The notes beneath the pieces were generated by a model. That model was given only the letters and a program-made list of their open reading frames with translations. It was not told the DNA's origin and made no database searches. A DNA stretch of 64,000 bases from Salpingoeca rosetta (taxonomy: Eukaryota > Protista > Choanoflagellata): assembly GCA_033442325.1 (NCBI GenBank), contig JAWQFM010000023.1, positions 388,403 to 452,402 on the forward strand, given 5' to 3'. Shown here piece by piece: positions 58,741 to 64,000 of this stretch. Position 1 is the stretch's first letter, and every line of letters begins with the position of its first letter. A program made the position numbers and the translations under genes.

Positions 58741-61554
58741 CTACTTGGAGGAGCGCTTCTTGTCATCACCAAAAGATGAGCAAAACTGGCGCAGCTCCTC
58801 TGGGGTGAGCTGGCAGTCGAGCTTGTTGGAGCGGACTGACTGCAAAAACTGAATGCGTTCGCAGACGGCCTCCACAAACTTCTGCTCCGACATACTCTCG
58901 CGCTCAATGTTGCTGGCAACGGAGAGTTGGCCCATGGTGAAGCGCTCGTACATTCTGCGACCACGCTCGTTCTTGTTGTGGGACTCGGTGCTCGTTGCGC
59001 GCTGGTTGGCCGCGGCCTGCTCCTGCTGGTCATAAGGGGACTTGGGCGTGTAGTACACGGCGCCAATGTCGAGCGAGTCAGGGTCGGCAACGGCAACGGT
59101 GCGCCCAACGGATTCGTTGTGCTGCCTTGTCGCCTCCTCCCAGGCGAGGAGCGTGTCGGCCCACTCCACACGCTCGCGCTCACGCTCGGCGGCGTTGGCA
59201 TTGGCGCTCGAAGGCTGCGCAGGGGCGTCCACGTGGGGCTGCAGGGGCAGCCTGCGCCTGGCGCGGTGGGCGTTGAGCACCCACACAATGAGGTCAGCGA
59301 TGGCGCGGCGTTGCTTGATGATGATGTCAGCTGGAAGCGGGCGGGACGGCTCGGGACCATGGATGTCAACTTCAAACGGACGGCCTGTCTGGCCAGAGTG
59401 CTGTTGCAACACCCAGGAAAGCATGCAGCACTTGTCGCGGCGCGCAAGGGTGTAGAGTGCGCAGTTGAGGATGAATGCCTTTGGCCGGCTGCTCTTGCCA
59501 CTGGGGGCCGGGACGCCATCGACCTCTGGGAAGACGGCTGCTTCGAGGCGGCTGAACGCGGCCTTGAGCGCCTCACGGCGGCCTCGCTCCCGAGCGTTGT
59601 GGCGCTCACGCTTGTCCCCCTTGGCAGGGGTGCTGTTGCCGGTGCGCAGGGCCTTCTTGGTGACCTGACCGCGCGGTGCGGCCTCCTGCGCAGTGCGCTT
59701 CGCAGACTTGCGTCGCTGCTGCTGCCCCTGCTGCCCAACGCTTGAGGGGCTGCCTGAAGGGTATGGCTGCTGGTGGTGAAGCTGCATGTGCTGCCCCTGC
59801 ACGGGCATGTGATGAAGGCCGCCCTGCTGCTGCTGCTGCTGGTGGGCCACGCTTGAGGACGACATTGAGGGGTGAGTGTGTTGCTCGTCCAGGCGATAGA
59901 ATCCACCAGAGGCGTCGATGCCGAGGGTGGGCCGTCCATCCTCAAATGCGCTCTCGGGGCTGTCAAACAGGGCAGTGATGGTGTCCTCGCTGCCAGTGGA
60001 CGGGTTGCTGGCGCTTGTGGAGGAGGAGAGCCTGCTGCGCATGGGGGACATGGCAAAGTGGGCACTGACGCTGTTGAAGTCCGAGTCCATGGTGTCCAGG
60101 CCGACGCTTTCGGTGGACTGCACGCGCTGGAGCGAAAGCTCGGTCTGAGCCGAATCAGGAGGCAGCATGGAGAAGTTGCTATCAAAGAGGTGCGTGCGGC
60201 GGTCGTCGAACTCCTCGTCGAGGGAATCCAGCAAGGGGTCCGAGCCGTCCATGTTGAGGTCCGAGGGGAAGACGGAGATGTAGTCGTCTGGAATTGGTGA
60301 CGTGGGGGGATGGTCAACTTGAGTCCCAGGCGAGGTAGCACCACTGGAGGAAGCGCTGGACGAGCTGCTGCTGGTGCCGCTGCCGGGGCTTGAGCCAACG
60401 CTGTTGGGAGAAGTGTTGCCTGAGGCAGTGGACGTGCTGGTACCACTGCTAGCGCTGCTGGCACTGGCACTGGCGCTGCTTGAAAAATACTGATTCGGGT
60501 GCTGGTGCTGCTGCTGAAGGGTGGTCATGTAGGATGGCTGGTAAGGCGAAACGCCCGGTGAGGCGCTGTAACGACGCGTGCGGTCTGGGTACATCCCTGG
60601 GGCACCCACCCGATGGCTCTGGGAGCGCTGGTCGTAAGGCTTGGTGGACGGGATGCTGTTGCGTGCCATCCAGGGCGCATGCATCGCGGCCGAGTAAGAG
60701 GGACCGCTCGTGCCGCGCAGAGTCGGGGACTGGTGGGTGGTAGCTGCGCTGCTTGTCGTGGATGAAGGCTGCCGCATGTACATGGGCGGATTATCCATGG
60801 GAGGACTGGGGTACGTGAAGGAGCTTGTGGCGTGGCTCGAGGGGGAGCTTGAGGTTGAGCCGTAGCTCACGCTTGGTGCAGACGGCATGTCCAGCACAAG
60901 AGTGTTGCCGGGGTCGATGAGTGACTCACTGTTATGGTCGGGCAGGGTCAGGCCAGGACTGTCTTCAAGGCGCGCGACAGGCCTGCGGTAGCGAAGGGAG
61001 GTATGGTGGTCATCGTTGTCACCGAGCTTCTTCAGGTGGGCACGCTTCGATTCAAGGGCGGCGTGATCCTCGTTGGAGTCGCCAACCGCGTCCGGAGCGG
61101 TGACATCGTCGATGCTTGGGTAAAGTGTCTCATCAATGGGAGGATGGGCCATGCTTTGGCCTAATGTGTTTGGAGGAAACAGGAAGCAACAAACAAATGG
61201 GTGAGTTGGATTGGATGGATGGAAGAGTTGGATTGGATTGGATTGGATGGATGCTGGCATTACACCGTAACACAGCCAAAAGCAACAGCGACTGGTGCAC
61301 AACATGTATGCAAAGAGGTGGGGGGCGAACGAATCAAGCCAAATCACACACACACACACACTGGGTGCGTGTGACGATCGGTGGTGGTGATTGTTTGTGT
61401 GTTTTGTGGGTGCCCAAACAACAAGGCCTCTGAACAAAGCATCATCATCATCGTGACCGACCGAGCCACGCAATGCAACTTGATCACTGCAACCACGTGG
61501 GTGATCGAGTGCCAACCTACCGAACAGGATGGGGTTTGCGTCTTGGATGTCCAT
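58741..61554 (-). CDS. bHLH transcription factor (Myc/Max/Mlx-like basic region) with a second bHLH-like domain; probably 2 exons (intron ~61162-61520)
   Basis: KRERHNARERGRREALKAAFSRLEAAV...KAFILNCALYTL. Long S/P/Q-rich and acidic N-terminus. Short first exon MDIQDANPILF splices in frame (GTAGGT...TTAG) to GQSMAHPP. Confidence 0.85.
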   Translation of the reverse strand: MDIQDANPILFGRLALDHPRGCSDQVALRGSVGHDDDDALFRGLVVWAPTKHTNNHHHRSSHAPSVCVCVIWLDSFAPHLFAYMLCTSRCCFWLCYGVMPASIQSNPIQLFHPSNPTHPFVCCFLFPPNTLGQSMAHPPIDETLYPSIDDVTAPDAVGDSNEDHAALESKRAHLKKLGDNDDHHTSLRYRRPVARLEDSPGLTLPDHNSESLIDPGNTLVLDMPSAPSVSYGSTSSSPSSHATSSFTYPSPPMDNPPMYMRQPSSTTSSAATTHQSPTLRGTSGPSYSAAMHAPWMARNSIPSTKPYDQRSQSHRVGAPGMYPDRTRRYSASPGVSPYQPSYMTTLQQQHQHPNQYFSSSASASASSASSGTSTSTASGNTSPNSVGSSPGSGTSSSSSSASSSGATSPGTQVDHPPTSPIPDDYISVFPSDLNMDGSDPLLDSLDEEFDDRRTHLFDSNFSMLPPDSAQTELSLQRVQSTESVGLDTMDSDFNSVSAHFAMSPMRSRLSSSTSASNPSTGSEDTITALFDSPESAFEDGRPTLGIDASGGFYRLDEQHTHPSMSSSSVAHQQQQQQGGLHHMPVQGQHMQLHHQQPYPSGSPSSVGQQGQQQRRKSAKRTAQEAAPRGQVTKKALRTGNSTPAKGDKRERHNARERGRREALKAAFSRLEAAVFPEVDGVPAPSGKSSRPKAFILNCALYTLARRDKCCMLSWVLQQHSGQTGRPFEVDIHGPEPSRPLPADIIIKQRRAIADLIVWVLNAHRARRRLPLQPHVDAPAQPSSANANAAERERERVEWADTLLAWEEATRQHNESVGRTVAVADPDSLDIGAVYYTPKSPYDQQEQAAANQRATSTESHNKNERGRRMYERFTMGQLSVASNIERESMSEQKFVEAVCERIQFLQSVRSNKLDCQLTPEELRQFCSSFGDDKKRSSK

Positions 61555-63237
61555 GGTGAAAGGAAGGCAGGGGGGAAGGCGGCGCAGTTGTTGTTGCTGT
61601 TGCGGCTGCGGCTGCGCGAGAAAGAGAGAGAGAGAGCTGCAAAAGGGGGGGGGGAGCCTTCAGTTGGTGTTGTAGTCGCTGGTGCGCTGCTCTCTGGTGG
61701 TGGGTGCCTTGCCTCGCTGGCCCTTCGTCTGCCGACCTTCTGTTGTGGAAGCCACCAGGACGGTGTGGAAAAAGGCATGGGCAGCGCTCACTTCGCCACT
61801 TTGTTCCCGCTTTCTGGCTGTGCGCTGCGGCCTGAGCTGGAGGAAGAGGAGGAACAAGGTGGGGCTTTCTTTTTTTCTTCTTCTTTTTGCGCTTCTTGCG
61901 CGCTTGGTTTGCCTGTGCGCTGTGGGGGCTTTTGGCTGCTGTGCGAGCGAAGAATACTGACCCTGGAATGCCGCACAAACCAAGCCAAAACTAATAAATC
62001 GCGCAATACAGACCCAAGAGTTACCGAAAGAAATCTGCGAATGGGAGAAATTTGCGAATAGAAAATTAGGTCTTTCGCTCCAACGCAACCTGTGAATGAT
62101 GTCATCGAAAGAATAAACAAGCCTGACTTGACTTTTGACCTAAAGTGCTGACTTCGTGACCATCAGCAATCCTGCTTCGATGACGACAGCGACGCCCAAA
62201 AGCATCGCAAAAACGTCACGAATGCGTGGCGATGGACTCGATGTTTGGGCCGCAAGGGATGCCTTGCGCTTGGGTAGTACGCTTTGTGGGGAGGACCTGC
62301 CTTTATGGAATCGTGGTGTTGCGTGGTTTATCTGTGTTTGTGTTGTTGTTGTTTTGTGTGTGTTGTTGTTGTTTTGTGTGTGTTGTTGGTGTTGCGTGGT
62401 CTGGGTTTTGTGGTTGTGTGTGTGTGTGTGTGTGTGTGTGATGCGTTTGTTTGTTTGTTTGTGTTTGTGTGTGTGTGTGTGTGTTTGTTTGTTTGTTTGT
62501 TTGTGTTTTGTGTGTGTGTGTGTGTGTTTGTGTGTTTGTTGTGTGTGGCGTTCGCTTTGTGCCCATACGACTTGGTTTTGTTTCTCTCGCCCCCGCGATG
62601 CACCTGTTTTCAGCTGGGTCGCTTCTTGTAATCAGTGCAGAAGGGCCGCTCGTTCGTTGTGTAACAACAACAACAACACCAACACCACGAGCGCGGGGCT
62701 GTTGTCTCGACGGTGTGTAACAACCCACTGCACCCGTGCGCGTGCGCGTGCATATGTGTGTGTGTGTGACATGACAACAACATGGTGGACAATCCAGCAG
62801 AAAGGAAGCGTAACCAAACACGGGAGAAAAGAAAAAAAAAAGCCATGGAAGCGGGCCATGTGAGGGTGGCGCAGCACACAGCCAACGCACCCACTCTTGC
62901 CAGCAACGACAATGTCGTCACTGTGACAGACAAAGGAGCAAGAGAGCAAGAGAGCAAGAGAGCAAGAGAGCAAGAGAGCAAGAGCGCAATTAAGATCGAA
63001 AGGAAGGAAAGGAAGGAAGCAAATACGCAAGTCAGTTACGTAAGGATGGATAAATCAATGAAAGAAGTGAAGAAAGAAAACGGAGCAAGTGAGGAGAACC
63101 GAGGAGTGTTGCGTGAGATGACCATGGGTGGACCAAGGCACGCCGCGGAGTCATCAACAACAGACACAAACCAACACCAAGCACAACACAATACAACAAT
63201 CCATGCAGAACTGGTAACGTGGGACAACGTTGCAGGG

Positions 63238-63777
63238 CTACGGCGGTGGCCGATGGTGGGGGTGGGGTGGTGGCTGCGGCTGATGCGTGGCATTGTGAGG
63301 AGCAGGGGGTGGTGCCGCGTGCATGCCAGGGTGGTGGTGGCTGGCGCCCACGGTTGCCGGCGTGTTGGCGTCGTCCATGCACGCGTACGTGGCGTCATCT
63401 GTCACCACATCGACGCTTCGCGAGCGCGGCAGGGGCGGTGCGCGCGGCAGGGACGGCGCAGACGGGTCAGCGGGGCGCGGTGGTAACGCAGGCTGCCGTG
63501 CCTCCGTTGCTGGCACGCCCATGGTGAACGAAACGGACCTCGACTCCTTGGTGTCCACGCTGGCGGCCAGTACAGCGTGGCCGTTCCGCGGCAGTGGGTC
63601 TCCAAACGACTGGCTGCGGCGACTGGAGAGCGGCGGGGGCGGCTGCAGTGGCGGGCGGCGGGGCTCATATCCACGGAACCTGACGCCGCCAGGGAGCGGC
63701 ACGCCACGGTAATGATCCACAAGCTCCTGGATTGTGGCAAAGGTGTCATTCTCCCCAACCGTCAGGCGGCCCGTTGG
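63238..63777 (-). CDS. Terminal exon of an SH2-domain protein with a Pro-rich tail (gene extends beyond the window)
   Basis: After a CAG acceptor: PTGRLTVGENDTFATIQELVDHYRGVPLPGGVRF, matching the SH2 C-terminal F.s+.eLV.hY pattern. Then PxxP motifs and DATYACM. Confidence 0.75.
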   Translation of the reverse strand, partial: PTGRLTVGENDTFATIQELVDHYRGVPLPGGVRFRGYEPRRPPLQPPPPLSSRRSQSFGDPLPRNGHAVLAASVDTKESRSVSFTMGVPATEARQPALPPRPADPSAPSLPRAPPLPRSRSVDVVTDDATYACMDDANTPATVGASHHHPGMHAAPPPAPHNATHQPQPPPHPHHRPPP

Positions 63778-63955
63778 CTGTCAGAATGAGAAGGGGGGGG
63801 GAGGTGGGGTATGCGGGTGAGAATGCGCGCGCGCGCGCGTGTGTTGGGTGTTGGGGTGTGCGTGTGTGCGTGTGTGCGTGTGTGCGTGCGTGTGTGTTGG
63901 GTGTTGGGGCGTTGGTGAGTTGTGTGTATGCGCGTGCGTGCGTGTGCGTGTTGAG

Positions 63956-64000
<45 letters not shown>

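Noticed and set aside
58569-60470. 633-aa alternative-frame ORF overlapping the bHLH gene
   Set aside because: S/P/R/A-rich frame-shifted shadow of the real CDS.

Overview
Eukaryotic, intron-rich, GC-rich genomic DNA with (TG)n/(CA)n microsatellites in most introns. Gene content and style suggest a choanoflagellate such as Salpingoeca rosetta (inference, not verified). About 15 protein-coding loci can be reconstructed by hand: a secreted 7-repeat beta-propeller protein, a CYP4-clan P450, a hypothetical gene, a bacterial-type acyltransferase-3, a secreted Cys-rich/Thr-tail protein, PPT1, an intronless SAM-methyltransferase / D-Ala-D-Ala-ligase-like ATP-grasp fusion, a small secreted PKD-domain protein, a PP1 glycogen-targeting (CBM21) subunit, a non-RD tyrosine kinase with PTB-like domains, a polyQ coiled-coil protein, a PH-domain protein with a 934-bp tandem duplication, an ExoIII/APE2-like nuclease, a protein with two bHLH domains, and the last exon of an SH2 protein. 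Most short ORFs in the supplied track (CVCV/HTHT) are microsatellite artefacts. The strongest novelty candidates are the methyltransferase-ATP-grasp fusion (a possible one-gene pathway for a methylated amide/dipeptide), the double-bHLH factor, the propeller adhesin-like protein, and the 5'-UG / 3'-CA complementary repeat polarity of introns. Exon boundaries were read by eye and no database searches were run.
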